A stretch of 64,000 bases of DNA from Massalongia carnosa (GCA_965645245.1 OZ287073.1:930001-994000), one strand, 5' to 3'; shown: positions 34,293-47,742, counted from the stretch's first letter. Made by a program: numbers and translations. The notes: a model not told the origin generated them from the sequence alone.

Positions 34293-35620
34293 CACGCGGG
34301 GGACAAAAAAAAAACTACACCAAAATTTGACCGGGCTCAACTCCCCACCAAAACACAAGCAATTTACATACGATTTTGATGGGATAATTATCATTATTAT
34401 GAATTCTAAACATATCGAGACTCCTACCAAAGCTAAAATTCAGGGAGCCGTTGAATTTTGCGAAAAGCAAGGCATTTCTTATCACAAAGAGGATGTTTTT
34501 CGCACATTTGATGTGGAACGTACGAGGGGCTATGCATACCTGCGTGAAGGAGCCTCATCACGCCGTCATCATAATAATTCCGATGTTTCTGAAGCTCGTG
34601 GGCGTCACAAAATTGTTACGCCTAAATTGATTAGAGAAATGGAACGGCTATTGGAAGAAGAAGGTATGGAGGCGCGCGCTCTTACATGGGAGCAATTGGG
34701 CTTCGAAGTAGGCCTAGACTGCAGTGGCAAAACCATTCAACGAATCATGGGCACCATGGATTATCACAAATGCATTGCGTGCAGAAAGGGATGGGTGAAC
34801 GAGAAGACAAGAAAGCTTCGTATGAAGTGGTCAGATGCTATGCTTTCTAGATATCCAAATGCAGAAGACTGGAAACAAGTTCGATTTAGTGACGAAGTGC
34901 ACTTTGGATGGGGACCTCAGGGCAAATTACGCATCATACGAAGATTAGGTGAACGTTATTGTCATGATTGTATTCAAGAAGCAGATGAACCAGACGAGGC
35001 CGTCAAGAAGAGACATCACTGTTGGGCTGCTGCAGGTCATGACTTCAAGTCAGATATCTACTTTTACAGAGTTCCTGGAAACTCCAATGGAAAGATGAGT
35101 CAACGAGTCTATATCGACTCTATATTGGAGCCTATTGTGAAGCCCTGGATTGAAGCAAAACACGATTTCGTCTTAGAAGAAGACGGTGATTCTGGACATG
35201 GACCAGGCAAATCAAACATTGTACGCACTTGGAAGCAGAACAACGATCTGAAGCACTATTTCAACTGTCCATGTTCACCTGATTTGGCCCCCATAGAAAA
35301 TTGCTGGCAGGCCCCGAAGCAATATTTAAAAAAATATCCTCATTGGGATGATGATACGACCAAGGGGCTAATTTATGAGGGGTGGGCGAACGTTTCCCAG
35401 GCATTTATCAATGAACGGGTGTCTACTATGCCAGATAGATTGAGAGCTGTTTTGGATGGTGAGGGTAAAATGACTGGTTATTGAATAGATTGAATGAATT
35501 GGATGACTGGTTGTTGAAATGGTGATTATCCCATCAAAATTGTATGGAAATTGCTTGTGTTTTGATGGGGGGTTGAACCCGGTTAAATTTTGGTGTAGTT
35601 TTTTTTTTGTCCCCCGCGTG
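34293..35620 (+). mobile_element. Apparently intact Tc1/IS630-type DNA transposon with ~100-bp TIRs and a 5-bp TSD (AGTGG)
   Basis: TIR CACGCGGGGGACAAAAAAAAAACTACACC...; AGTGG at 34288-34292 and 35621-35625. Confidence 0.95.
34399..35484 (+). CDS. DD37E Tc1/IS630-like transposase, uninterrupted
   Basis: RFSDEVHF, FVLEEDGDSGH and SPDLAPIENCW; 37 residues between the second D and E; clearly homologous to 23463-24512. Confidence 0.93.
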   Translation: MNSKHIETPTKAKIQGAVEFCEKQGISYHKEDVFRTFDVERTRGYAYLREGASSRRHHNNSDVSEARGRHKIVTPKLIREMERLLEEEGMEARALTWEQLGFEVGLDCSGKTIQRIMGTMDYHKCIACRKGWVNEKTRKLRMKWSDAMLSRYPNAEDWKQVRFSDEVHFGWGPQGKLRIIRRLGERYCHDCIQEADEPDEAVKKRHHCWAAAGHDFKSDIYFYRVPGNSNGKMSQRVYIDSILEPIVKPWIEAKHDFVLEEDGDSGHGPGKSNIVRTWKQNNDLKHYFNCPCSPDLAPIENCWQAPKQYLKKYPHWDDDTTKGLIYEGWANVSQAFINERVSTMPDRLRAVLDGEGKMTGY

Positions 35621-36333
35621 AGTGGAAAGGGCATTAGTAACTAGTCCAGAGCTCTTTCACCGATTTCATGATCGGTCGGGATTTTCTATCATCTACCTTT
35701 TCATTGGTAGCCTACATCTTTTCCAAGGCTAAGGCACATAAGCCAACAAACCATAACCACGTATCTAGAAAAGGCAAGACGCTAGAACAATTGGGCCTGG
35801 CCTTCCATTGGCAATCCATTACAGAGGCCTTCCATCATCGTGCTTTAAGTTTCCATTGGGGAGATGGGACGAGAATAAAGCCTCAACTACTGCACGATAT
35901 CGAGCAGATGCTCCTTCCCCCTTCCCGCCCTTCTCCCCCCTCGCTCCCCCCTACAAATCCATGCATGACCGACCCCTTGGGCCTAAACCCCTGCATCTGG
36001 AGGCAAGGTGCAGGCTTCCACCTTCAAATCCTCTCACAGCAATAATCCCTGAGGATTGAATCACCAGGTCAACCACTTGGCCCCCCCGCTAGGAATTATT
36101 TCCACACACAATACCATTAGTACCTGCCTACATGGCAGGCAAACAGGAAGGCTCCGTTTCAACCCAACCATCTAACATCAGTCTTCACGTCCACTGAGTC
36201 ATTTTTATGTTCAATTCCTCCAGGCCCCCCTGATCTCTCCACCCAACCCACACCCAACAACCCACACCCAAATTCACACCCACCCAACCCACACCCACAC
36301 AAATTCTCAGGGCTGCCAAAAATGTAAAAAGAG

Positions 36334-36452
36334 ACATACAACAACCGGGATTCGCTGGTGGTCACCCACCCAACTACTAATCGATCGATCTGAGTCTTCA
36401 GTATGGCAGAGCGGACGGGATACCCTGTTTTCCTCAGTCTGTGGTTGTATGT
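36334..36452 (-). rRNA. Dispersed 5S rRNA gene
   Basis: 119 nt ACATACAACCACAG...CCCGTCCGCTC...TTAGTAGTTGGGTGGGTGACCACCAGCGAATCCC...TTGTATGT, followed by an oligo-T terminator; TA-rich box about 25 nt upstream. Confidence 0.96.
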
Positions 36453-39400
36453 GGAATTGTTCGAAGATAATTTGATATATCAAGAGGCGACGTGATCTAC
36501 CAGGATTAAAGGAGGAGGATTGAATGAGAACGGATTTAACAAGGATACGGAGATAAGAAATGCTTAACTTTATGTACACAACTTTAGGTCGAATTATAAT
36601 TAGCACGTCATTTCAAAAATACCTCCCCGCATACCTAGTTTTAGTGTAGCTACAGGTAGTTTTCAGCAGTCATCGTAAATCAAGTCCCGCCGCTTCTTTA
36701 TGAAAATTCTATTATCACTTTACCATCTTCATCTACTTACATATTTACATTATAATTAGATACGTGCAGAAGTATTTTTAAAGTGACGCAATCCGACCTG
36801 TAGTGTCAGACCCGCTCCGAAGTCCTATGCCAAAGAAATGTCCTTCCTGAACAACTCCGATGACGTATTTCAGGTTCTACTTACAAAGTGAGACGCCCTC
36901 ATGTCAAGAATAATACAACCTCCAATAATTACATAGCAGGATTTTGAAAATTTGACCACGAAACTTAGAAAATATACTACATATATATACTATATTTCTT
37001 ACTATAAATAACCCCACACGAGCCACCGGGTTGGGGATTAAGTCCTCCAACACAATAACTCACGCTGTCTCTCTCCATGAAGCTGCCGATGAGATAGCAC
37101 TATTCAACAACCTACCAGATAAACGATGCGTTGGTTTTACAAGACATCATGAGCGGCATTTATCAAATAAAAATCCGAGTTGGCACCTTAGAGACATCAG
37201 CTCACAATCTCAAACAGCGATTATAACACACGCTGTCAGTTATTCAACCCAGTAATAACCAACTCGGGCACTCAAGTTCAAATTCTTAAAACACCTGATG
37301 GTTTATTTCTGGATAAATTTCCCCTCACCTCCCTTCAGCACTCTTCCTGCACAGGTGAGAGTGCTTTTACTCGACTTATTTATATTTAACTATTACCTTT
37401 TAAATTGCTTCGGTAACTTTCTGTTTACGACGATACGAGCTTCCTGTCACTGGGACTCACAATTGATTATGGCTGGATGACTTCTATATGAAGCTTTACT
37501 AACTTGTGCTGTGTGTCTATAGATGATACGTTAGCGATAATAAAGCATAGCTAAGCTTAGGCTAATGTATTTTAAGCAACAAAATTAATTCCTATTCTTT
37601 CTTGCTCATGTTTCTCCCTCGCGTCATCGTCATGCGCTCCCCTCAGCTCTTCATCGGGACTAGAGATGTTCTACCATGAAATCTGCTTGAATTGACCATT
37701 TAGTAATACTTTTCGCACAAGGTTGAAAAAATATTTGCACAAAAATGGGAGAGTGGAAGAATCAAGCCAAGTTCTCCAAATAATAACAGCTAGGCTGCCA
37801 ACCTCTCCATTATATCCCTTGTGTCCATGGCAGCTTCTAATCAACATTTGAGAAACCCGATATATGGAGGCATGCAAGTGCAGCCCAAAGCATCAGAGTG
37901 ACATTCTGCAGGAGAGCTCCAATAGCGTGACCAGCCCTTAGCTCAAGAGAGCATAACTCGGCCCAACCAGCTAATATATTTCCAAGTTAGGAACACTTCA
38001 AGACTTTTATAAAACTCATGGCCATCCCGACAACACCACCAGGTATGCGTAGATCCCTGACAAATTTTCTGACTTTGACTAGAGTTTTGGCTTCCCTTTT
38101 ACCACTGTTAAGAACGGAAATCTGAACAAGGGATGGAGAATGCGTCTACCTTGATCCCCACTCCTGCTTGGGGAGGTATCATCATGCTTTGGATTGGCCT
38201 CCCGAGAACTTGAGAGCACGCCGTGGTTCTCCTGCTGGCTTGGATCTTCTTGCCCAACAAGGAATGCTTTATATGCATCCTTCTCGTCCAGGTATGTGGC
38301 CATGACAAGATCTGTCTTAGATTGGTTGACAACTTGATTATTAAAAGCACAGACCTGAAAACGCTCCGGATCTTGACTACCGCGAAGGACAAAATGGGGT
38401 TGATTGGTATTGTTTTTTTTAGAAGCAAGGCAGCCGCCTTCTTTGCTAAATCTACCATACGAAGGCTTTTGAGGAGTATAGGAACCGCAAGGTAGTGCGC
38501 TTAGGGTATCGCTAGGGTTTGAAGCCCTGATCCATGGTAATCATTAGCCAAACCAACAAAATTCCTGTATATGGGCCTAGGAAGTATCAAACGTTGAATG
38601 AAATGAGAACAAACGGCATTGTCATTGATTTTCGCTGCGTCTCGAAGGGAAGTGTCAAAGTTGACAGCTAAAATAAATATTGAAATCAATGGCTCAGGAC
38701 CCGAAGGAGCAAGCAAGCTTCAATGTGGTATCAAAGTACCGCATCAGCTTCCGAGCGAAGTTAGGGTTGATCTTATATACAAAAATGCATGAAGAGACTT
38801 GACGAGAAGACTCCCTTTCCGCTCAACTGAGTCTTCCAAGATGGTTGCCTTGCATTGGTCCAAGACCTGCATGATCAGGAGCACTAAAAATAAATAGTTG
38901 AGGCGACATGGATGAGTGAACAACTGCTGCGGAGTCAAACATATAGCGCGAACGTCCATACCTCTATTTGATGGCTCTCTTGACTTCAGTGGATCATTAA
39001 GAGAACCTTGAAGTGTAGGTACAAGGCTTTTGTGTTAGGTTGTTCATAAACCTCATTGGCCAGCCATGGAGGGCTTGGGCATTTCCCGTGGGACCTTCAC
39101 TGCTCCATATGCAGGTTCCTGGCCCACATTCATGACTACACAGCCTATCAACTCGCCTCGAACCAGCACCAAGGAAAGCGGATCGACGTCGTAAAACGCC
39201 AACCTCGTGCATCCCAGGGTCGTCCAGAACCTGGACTGTTACTGGAGGGCTTAAAAATGCCACGCGATGGCAAAATGTGGTACCTTTAGGAATAGATGAT
39301 GATTGGTTTTGATACACGCTAAAGCATGCAAAGGCCCCATCATTTGTTCTCCTACCCGTACTAATAAATATATTTCCCGGCATCAGCCATCATCACATAC

Positions 39401-40361
39401 CTCTCTTTGTCACTTTATGTATTGACAGCAGGATAAAACTCTGCCTTTTGCTGTTTATGATCCTTGACAGTCTCAACAGTACCCAACCAAGTAACGTCTA
39501 GATTACGATATTAAGCACCAAGAAGTGGCTGCACGGACCTTGTGTCAAATTTCGTCTTGTCCCGTGATTATCCCCCAATCCTCCCTTTCCTAGACGAAGT
39601 ATAGGTTTGCATGTCACCAGAATTCTGTATCCTTTTTACATCCTTTGTATAGAGAAGCTCTTTCTTTGCTCGCACCAATCCTTACTCCGCACGCAGAGCT
39701 CTTCACAATCCTCGGCAAATCACTCCAATCGATTGCGTTATAGGCATATCTGAAGCCGCTGCTGTACTGGAATGGCAAGCGTGAGATTTGCAGATAAAAG
39801 AATATTGAGATTTTGCATTTGTTCTAGTGGAAATGCCAAGGTACACGTTACACGGTCCCCCACACGCACGATTCGGAGTTCGTATGATCGCAGATCAATC
39901 CACCTGACCCCCATAGCATTGTGTCACCGTTCAAGCGGAGCGCTGCAATCGGAGAAAATCGCTGATCATTTGCGCGATGGGCTGAAACCTGGAAAAATGA
40001 ATTGTACAGAGTAGGAAAGAGCCGATCGGGCGTCTGCAGGTAACCAACTTAAGCTCTTCACAAAACTTGGCTGTTGCTTGGTTGTTACCTTTTTACAGGG
40101 AAGGGTGAACCAAGCTAGCTCAGCGGCTGCCGATGTCAACCATAACTAGATGTGGGGCTGCCACGTGGGACCTCGTGTTCCTGAGCTCCCGAGCTCCCGA
40201 GGGTTAGGGTACCCGGCTAAACCCGACTCATGCTAGGTTTTGCTGGCTGCCCCGTTTACCGTACTGGTTCCCATGCGGGAAAATATTTCCCCTTCTACTT
40301 TGCAGGGTTGCTGCCCCTGAAGACCTTCGTCCGTCATCGATAAGCTTGCTTCTAGTATCGT

Positions 40362-41090
40362 TTACTCAATCGTACCCCACAACAGCGGAGGCAAGTATGC
40401 CGGCGCTTGTGTAAGTCGTGGCGATTCGGTTTTTTCTCTGTCTTCGGATGCTCCGACTAGTGGAATATTCCTGATTGCATCGAGGAATTCCGCTTTATTG
40501 GCCATGACAGCTTCTTCAAGTGAGGCAATAGTTTTAAGCAGCCGTGCCAATCTTCTAGTTCGTGCTACATGATCGAGCTTAGCAGTCGTGCGCGTTTATT
40601 GGTCATGATTCGCATTATGGGCATGGGAAGGGGGTTACATGAATACGATAAGAAAAAACCCCGCCTCGTCTCCACGCTTTGCTTTTTTTCTAAGCCCGAC
40701 GGTACAGGGGGCGCGGTTTCCAACCCCAGCCTTACGCGATTAGCAATCGCCGATGTTGCGTTTAGCTTCGGCACGAAAACCACTTCACACCCCCGACACA
40801 ATCTCCACCACCTCATAGGCTGAAGCATTAACATCTAGCTCCAAAGCAGCCACAGATTGCAAGCATTCTGGGTCTTAGGCTCAAGTAAATCCCGAAGGAA
40901 CCTCGTGCAGCATTTAACGGGGCTAGACCTCTCTTTCATAGCCTCAACTATGGGATTCGACTTTAATTCTCATCCTTCTCGCGATACCCTAGTTAAGATT
41001 GAAAGCGGACCACCGGCCCCATCGATGTTGTCAGGAGTTAGAAGGCTTGGAGCGCTAGTCAATATACCAACTGTCTCATTTAGCACCATT
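40362..41090 (-). pseudogene. Probable degraded coding sequence of unknown family
   Basis: Chain of protein-like ORF fragments (40565-40834, 40362-40550) separated by stops/frameshifts. Confidence 0.25.
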
Positions 41091-43149
41091 GAGATGATTA
41101 TGTGCATCAGTATCAGAGTTGCGGACGTCTAGAGTCTTGACGACCTTTCGCGGAAACTGTAGCTTTGGAAGACTCTGAGATACGGAATAAGAGAGCGAGA
41201 CGTGGAAAATAGAATATATTTCTAAAGGGAACCAACAGACTGCTATTTTCATTTCGCAAGGACCACCAGTTATAAGTAACGTACGTTAAGCAACCAAATG
41301 GCTACCTACCTATATCTCCGCCTTGGGAGGATGTGGGAAGCGACCTCGTTGTAGAACGTCCTTGTCCCGTTGTCATAACTATGGCGTACTATTTCCACCA
41401 TTTACTCTCGAGATTTCGCTGAGTTTTCGCCTTTATGGCATAGTAAGATGAAATTTTGCGGAGCTGGGGATCCTTGTAAAGACTTCTTGGGCTGTCGCTC
41501 TACTCATGGTGAACGTACGGTGTTTTCAGAGACCTACTTCAAGGCGAAAATCGCATCTTGCAGCGTATATTTCAAACGAAAGGGAAATGAACCACCTTAT
41601 CGAAAAACTCGGTACCGCTGACTCCCGTCTCCCTAGGTTATCGTTTCTTCATCCAGCCATTACGGAGTTGTTTCCTCTTGACGGTCCGAGGTGTCATGAT
41701 GTGTATAGCCCTTACAGCGATAGAGAGAGAGGGAGAGGCTGGAAGTATTCTTCCCGTGTATCGTTCCAGAAATCCACGATTGCAAGGGACGTAGAATCCG
41801 ACATGTCATGCGATCGAGGGTTCGGAGTAGACAGGTATCAAGCATCGAGCCATTCGCACGGATCACCAAAAACAAGGTGTGGGCTTGGTTGGGGAATTGT
41901 TCGATGCCGTGAAGCAGCTCAACCGAGGTTGGTTGGTGGTGCTCAAGACTTGTTGCATATACCTACCTACCGAGATTGACTTAGCAAGGCTTCATGTACT
42001 TGTACGAAGCACGCTCCATCCAGCTTCCGGGATTTTTCATTTTAGCTCCCGTCTCACATTCCTCCCGGTCCTGATTCCGATCCCGTCGCGCTCGCGTGCG
42101 TTCCCCGTGCTCATGCGCCTCCGGATCAACAAGCCGCAAACTATGAACCAGGCAATAGCAACGATATGAAACCTGTGGATCGATTCGAAGCGCTATCTTT
42201 CGGCTTATAAGACACATCACAGCTCCGATAGACCTTCCACCAACTAACCAACGCGCTCTCCCCACGGGGCTGGGAGAAGGATGTCGTCTGCCTGTGTTTG
42301 GTAGCTCCCGTTTAGGGGGGAAAGAGGGAGGGAGATTTGCTGAGGTTCCCCAAAACTCCATGTCCAATCGATAAGTCAAATTCTAACCGATGTTTGGATT
42401 GTATCATGTCAGAGTTTCGGTCTTGATGCTGGCATCCTTTGGATGTGAAAAGCCCAAGGTAAGTAAATGTAACGCTATTGCTAATTCTTCTAAGTATGTT
42501 CTCGTTCCCCGCTTGGGGATTTGGATGGTGAGGACTTTGCATGGAGTTCAACATCTATTTCGATTGAGCAAAACCTAAGAACGGGGTTGGCTGTCTGGGG
42601 CTGAAGCGTGAGCTCAACTGCGTTTACAAATGCAATAGCAAAAGCAACGGCAGCTGCGAAAGAAGCGGGAATGAAATGAAATTCCCAAATTGCATTTTCC
42701 ACTGCGAAATTTCATTGAAGCACCAACCCTCTTTCCAATCTAATAACTACCTATTCAACCGGTACGGTAGAGCTGTGAAAGTAGGCTCGCAATGAACCAT
42801 CCACTCGGGTATGTATAAGAGCAACTAACGCAGGAAATTATCTGGTTATCGCAACTCGTACACAAATCATGGATTGTTATCATGATGGAATCCCGGCACA
42901 AGATTAGCCAAATCGGCCTCGTCTGTAGATTGAAAAGTGTGCCGCGCCCCCCGGCAACGGTCAGTCATTTTTTGACTTGCTGGGAGTTTAGACTAGCAAT
43001 ACCCAGGCTTAGGCTGACCGACGCCGAAAAAGTCACAGCCATTCTGAGGTTTTTTGCAATTGGAGAAACAGTCGATGATTTTGTTGTTCTGTGTCTTCGG
43101 TCAATAACTCCGTTCAAGGGGAAATGATGGTACACAGACTGCAGGGTGC

Positions 43150-43806
43150 TCATCTTCGCCTAATACTATTGGCGAAGGGTGGAGAACGGATGGGACCACT
43201 GACCATTTGAACAACCCAAAATTTTACGCAGTTGTCAAAGTATTGTGGCTCAAGACACTTTGGAACGAGCCCGAAGCCAGTAAGTTTGGCTGTACCAGAC
43301 TCTTCCTCTGACTCAGAAATTAGTCTTGTCCAGGAAGCAAATTTTGACCAGGGGTATTGCTCCGCGTGAGGGGACCTACTGTAGCTACAACTCCAACGAG
43401 CGCCGTCGCCATGGGTGTTGCCCATGCAGCAGACGCTTTTCTGGAAGCCACATTTGAAACGCGCGAACTCTGCCTCGGATTTTTGCGCTTGGGTTGTCAA
43501 TGCATACAGGCCTCCGTCTGTATTATCTGGCAGCGTGTTGTCGGAAACCCCGACGGAGGCAAGAATCTGATCGGATAGGTTTGGGAAATTGTTGGCTGCG
43601 TCATTGGACGCGATTCCGTTGATCTGGAACTCGGCAGGCAAGGGTTTGGCATACGGAACGTTGAGGTCGCCGAGCTGTGAATCGGCACTATTGACATCAC
43701 TCCAAGTATTGTCCGTGGTGAAACCGCCCAAAGCAAAGAAATCCTCCGGGACTGGATTGGCCATAACCGTGGACATGGCAGCCGCAAGGAAAACCCGAAC
43801 GCGCAT
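43150..43806 (-). CDS. Small secreted protein with a Cys-rich C-terminus; probable intron 43379-43308, 3' end uncertain
   Basis: Signal peptide-like MRVRVFLAAAMSTVMA-NP; acidic middle; C-terminal Cys pattern (C..CC..C..C..C); GTAGGT...CTAAT...CAG intron. Confidence 0.65.
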   Translation of the reverse strand: MRVRVFLAAAMSTVMANPVPEDFFALGGFTTDNTWSDVNSADSQLGDLNVPYAKPLPAEFQINGIASNDAANNFPNLSDQILASVGVSDNTLPDNTDGGLYALTTQAQKSEAEFARFKCGFQKSVCCMGNTHGDGARWSCSYSRSPHAEQYPWSKFASWTRLISESEEESGTAKLTGFGLVPKCLEPQYFDNCVKFWVVQMVSGPIRSPPFANSIRRR

Positions 43807-45437
43807 GATGCAGATGGCAAACAAACTCTTTCGATGGTTTTCTTATCAAAGAACCCGCCGCAAGGGGGGAAGGTTTCCTATCGGGAGATTGTCAAAGACG
43901 AGATGGGGGTAGCAGCGAAAGGATGGAAAGAAGGAAGAATTCTATAACAAGGATATTAGATACCTATGTATCCTCAAGCATTCAGAAGGTTCCTTGGCGT
44001 TTCAGAACGATCGGGACGACACGAGCGGACATCATAAAGATCAAACCCCCTCCCTCCCCTCCCCGGTTATAAAAGTCCGAAGCTACTTGCCGCATGTGCC
44101 CTTACATCCAGGAAACTCCCGTCGACCGTCTTAGCGGCAAGGGATGGCGAAGCAAGACAGACAGACAGACAGACATTTCGTCGGTCTGAGTGAAGCTGGC
44201 GATCAAAGTTCGAAAAACTATTTTTGCGGTGATTTGTCATTAAATGGGATGGGATGAGTTAATCAACTCGGTCAAGTTTACTTGTTTATTTATTTATTAT
44301 TATTATTCATAATTATATTTAAAAAACCAGGTCTCTTCTAACATCCATATTCCGCTTGAGGGAACTAGATCGATCGATCAATCGATCGATAAAAGATACA
44401 TACCTACACCAGATAGTAGATAGGAGGTAGTAAGAACTTAAGAAGTCAGATTAAGTCAAGGGCGCACACCTATCGAGTTAGCGTCAAACATTGGGCGCCC
44501 TCTTCCCCCGACAACGAATAGCCGTGACGGGATGATGATGATGATTGGTTCGGAGCTGGCTGGCAGGTTGGAAGCTTTCTTCGGTTTCGACGTTTCTTTC
44601 TTTCCCCTTTGCTAGTTTTGGTTTAGTTAGTTTATCCCTATCCGACCTCAATCATCACACAGTTTTCAAGTAACTAGCTACTCTAGAGTAGTTAACTAGG
44701 TAGTGTAACCAGAAAAAAATAAGAAACCCCATCTAATTTACGACATATTGAATCGGTTATCACTCATTTTTTTTTAAAAAAAGAAAATAGAAAAATAGAA
44801 ATACCCAATTATAAAATTTACCTCGGCGCACGATAAAGTACATATGTATGACGAGATGCTTCTGATCGAAAGAACATCAGCTCACCACTACTAGACATGG
44901 TTTGACAAAATATATAATAAAATATAATTGACACAAAAAATATTGTTTTTCAGAACTAAAACAAATCAATTGAAAACCAGAAAAGAGCGCCAGACTTGTG
45001 CGGTTTCCCACGTTGTTCCAAACCACCCCTCCCCCCCACCACTTAGCCCATACTCTTCATGGGAAGTATTTTCGGAGAGGCTTTAAATAGGTACCCTTAG
45101 GCTTTCTCTTGATATGTACATCTCCTAGACGGAGTAGGTCTAGACGGAGTAGGTACTCGATGTCTAGCCAATTCAGGGGGTTTCTGAAACATCGGATCTG
45201 GGGTTCGCATGTGTGCCGAATAAATCTCCGCGTGGGCTCTTAGCAGATATGGAAAACTGATGTTGAGATGATGCAACCTATCGGTTGGTTGGATTTTACT
45301 TACATCAAAAAGGAAAATGATCGAAATGACTATGTATATGTATGTACCTTTTAAAAAGGATTGATCAGATGAAAGAGCGCCTACGCATAACACCCAACGC
45401 CTCATTCTGCCAATACGACAACGCGATCCCATCCGTG

Positions 45438-47742
45438 TCATCCAAAAATCTTATCTAAACCCTTGTAAAACCAATTCCTGCGTCACGTTAGCCAACTCCC
45501 CCGACTAACACCTCCAGCGCGGATTTCGAAACTGAAAGAAAATGGTAGAAAAGAAAACCTTACTCAGCAGGCGCCTCCACGTAATCTCTCGTATAATCAT
45601 CAATCTCCCTCACCCCCGAGACTAAATCCACCTCCTCAGGAGCCAACCACTTGGTTTTCTTCAGCACCTTCCAAAACAAAAACAGTACAGGAAATAAGCC
45701 AACCATTGTGTAGGAAAAGAGGAAAGTTGGCACGTCCCATTTCCCAGGGAGAAAGACCGTGTACCCCGCTACAAAGGTCATGACGAAGCACGCCATTAGG
45801 GCGTACCATGCCACGTAGGGTTGCCCCCATCCCTTGTAGGGGAGTGTGTCGCGGGAGATACCTTGTGCCTCGCATGCCTTCTTGAAGCGGATATAGGTGA
45901 GGCTCATGACGGAGAAGTTAATCAGTTGGGATGCCGTAACCTGGTCAACGCATCAGCCATGAAAGCCCCCAGGATATGCGTTAGCAAGCACCAAACTAAT
46001 AAACCAATTGAGCACAACCGCACTGCTGTTGCTGACTTGCAGGAAGCTCAACAGGCTGATCATCAAGACGACGAGGACGCAGTAAATCGGTACCCCTTTC
46101 CGGTTGACCCTGGTGAGAAACCTAGGTGCTTTGCCTTCCAGCGCCAAGCCGTACAAGCTCCGGCTGGCGCAGTACACATAGCTGTTCCCTGCGCTGAACG
46201 CTGCCGACAGCACTGCCGCGTTCACGATATGTGGCAGAACTCGGATCCCTAACCGGTTCATCGCCACCACGTAGGGACTCGCTGCTGCTCCTGGTCTGCC
46301 GCTGTTGAACGCGTCAGCTAACTCTGGGTCGTTGTACGGAACGTTGATGCCGACAGCCAGACTTCCGCATATGAAGAATCCCATTAGGCGCCAGACGACT
46401 GAGTTAAAGGCCCTTGGCATTGTGGTTCTCGGGTTCTCTGCCTCACCGGCCGCCATGCTGACATAGTCGGGCCCAGCAATGGTGAAGCTAGCCTGTATCA
46501 GGCATTGAAGAAATCCCAGGAAGCGGCCCAGTCTGCCGGTTTTATAAAGTTCAGCGAATGCTCCCGGATCTCGCCAATAGCGAAACCCGAACCTGTCGTG
46601 CTGAGGGTTGCCTCCGAGCATGGTGATGAAGGTGTAGATGATGAGTGCGACGATCAGAAAGACTTTGCCGAGGGCGAGCCAGAACTCGGATTCACCGTAC
46701 CACTTGACAGCGGATATGTTGATGATACTAGTTGTAGATTATTAGAGGTGTATTCAGTTGTGGAACACAATAGTCCTCCATGGACGATTTGCGGAATCTC
46801 ACCCATATAGTACGATAATCATTGCATTCATGCCACCAACAGGTACCGCAGCGCTCCAATAATGAATTATGATATTGCAAGCAACGATCTCGAAGGGGAC
46901 CAGAGCGCATTGGAAGATGAAGAAGTTCCAACCTGTGGCAGTACCTAATGCGGGGTCGACGAAACGTCCAGCAAAGGTAATGAATGGGGAAGATACTGGA
47001 AGGTAAGTCACCGGTTCCGCCGTGCCTATTTATGGCCACGTTAGCAGCCTACAGGAATTTATGCTTCAAATATATAGGGATGATTTTCAACGTATAACGT
47101 TGAATCATGCGTTGTTGCACTCTCAGAACGTGGTTGTTCATGGTCTTTTGCTGTTACTGCGAGAAAGCTAAGATATAGCAAGACAAAGAACTGGACATAC
47201 TTATTGTGACGGAGAATATGACTGAACACCTAGAAAATACACCATGAATTAATATCCGAGGCTTGGATGCTCAAGAGGTAGGTAGAGTTTCCGCTGATTT
47301 TCGCCCTAGCGGTGTATGGTTTTTTGCAAGCTGGCTCGTAGTCCAACGGATGCGAACTTGATAAGAAACTCACCACATCGAAAATGCTATAAAAAGCGAC
47401 CCTGGTCCACCCTGTTAAGCAATAAGCCAACTTGCCTACATGAACCGACATTTTCTGTTATTACGCTGATAAGCGCTCTCCCTGGTCTAAACATTAGCGA
47501 AGTAGTAACAAATTGCTATTATTGACGACCGCACCGATTTGCACAAATAGTACCGTTCCAATGACTCTAAATTGTCCTGAATATCAGCAACAGCCTACTT
47601 CGCAATACAATGGTAGATAGCCTCTAGTAGCATATACACACCCCCCGATGCCGATTAGCTGAATATGTCTTGCCCTTAATTTTCGGTGAGTGAGGTCACC
47701 CAGTGGCTTTGAAGTAATCTCTTCCTCTGCTGAATACTGCAT
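45438..47742 (-). CDS. APC-family amino-acid permease (AGP2/general amino-acid permease-like), multi-exon
   Basis: Spliced exons give HRKLRARHIQLIGIGG-VIGTVLFVQIG, GGPGSLF, FVDPALG, YGESEFW, RFGFRYWRDPG, AAGEAENPR and SRSLYGLA; about 8 GT-AG introns. Confidence 0.92.

Noticed and set aside
34293..34320. RAG recombination signal or Transib element (CAC heptamer-like plus ACAAAAA)
   Set aside because: Only 3 bp separate the two parts (not 12/23) and the protein is Tc1/IS630-type; treated as resemblance only.
34293..35620. Fanzor/TnpB cargo in the IS630-like elements
   Set aside because: The transposase fills the element; there is no room or RuvC-like ORF in either copy.
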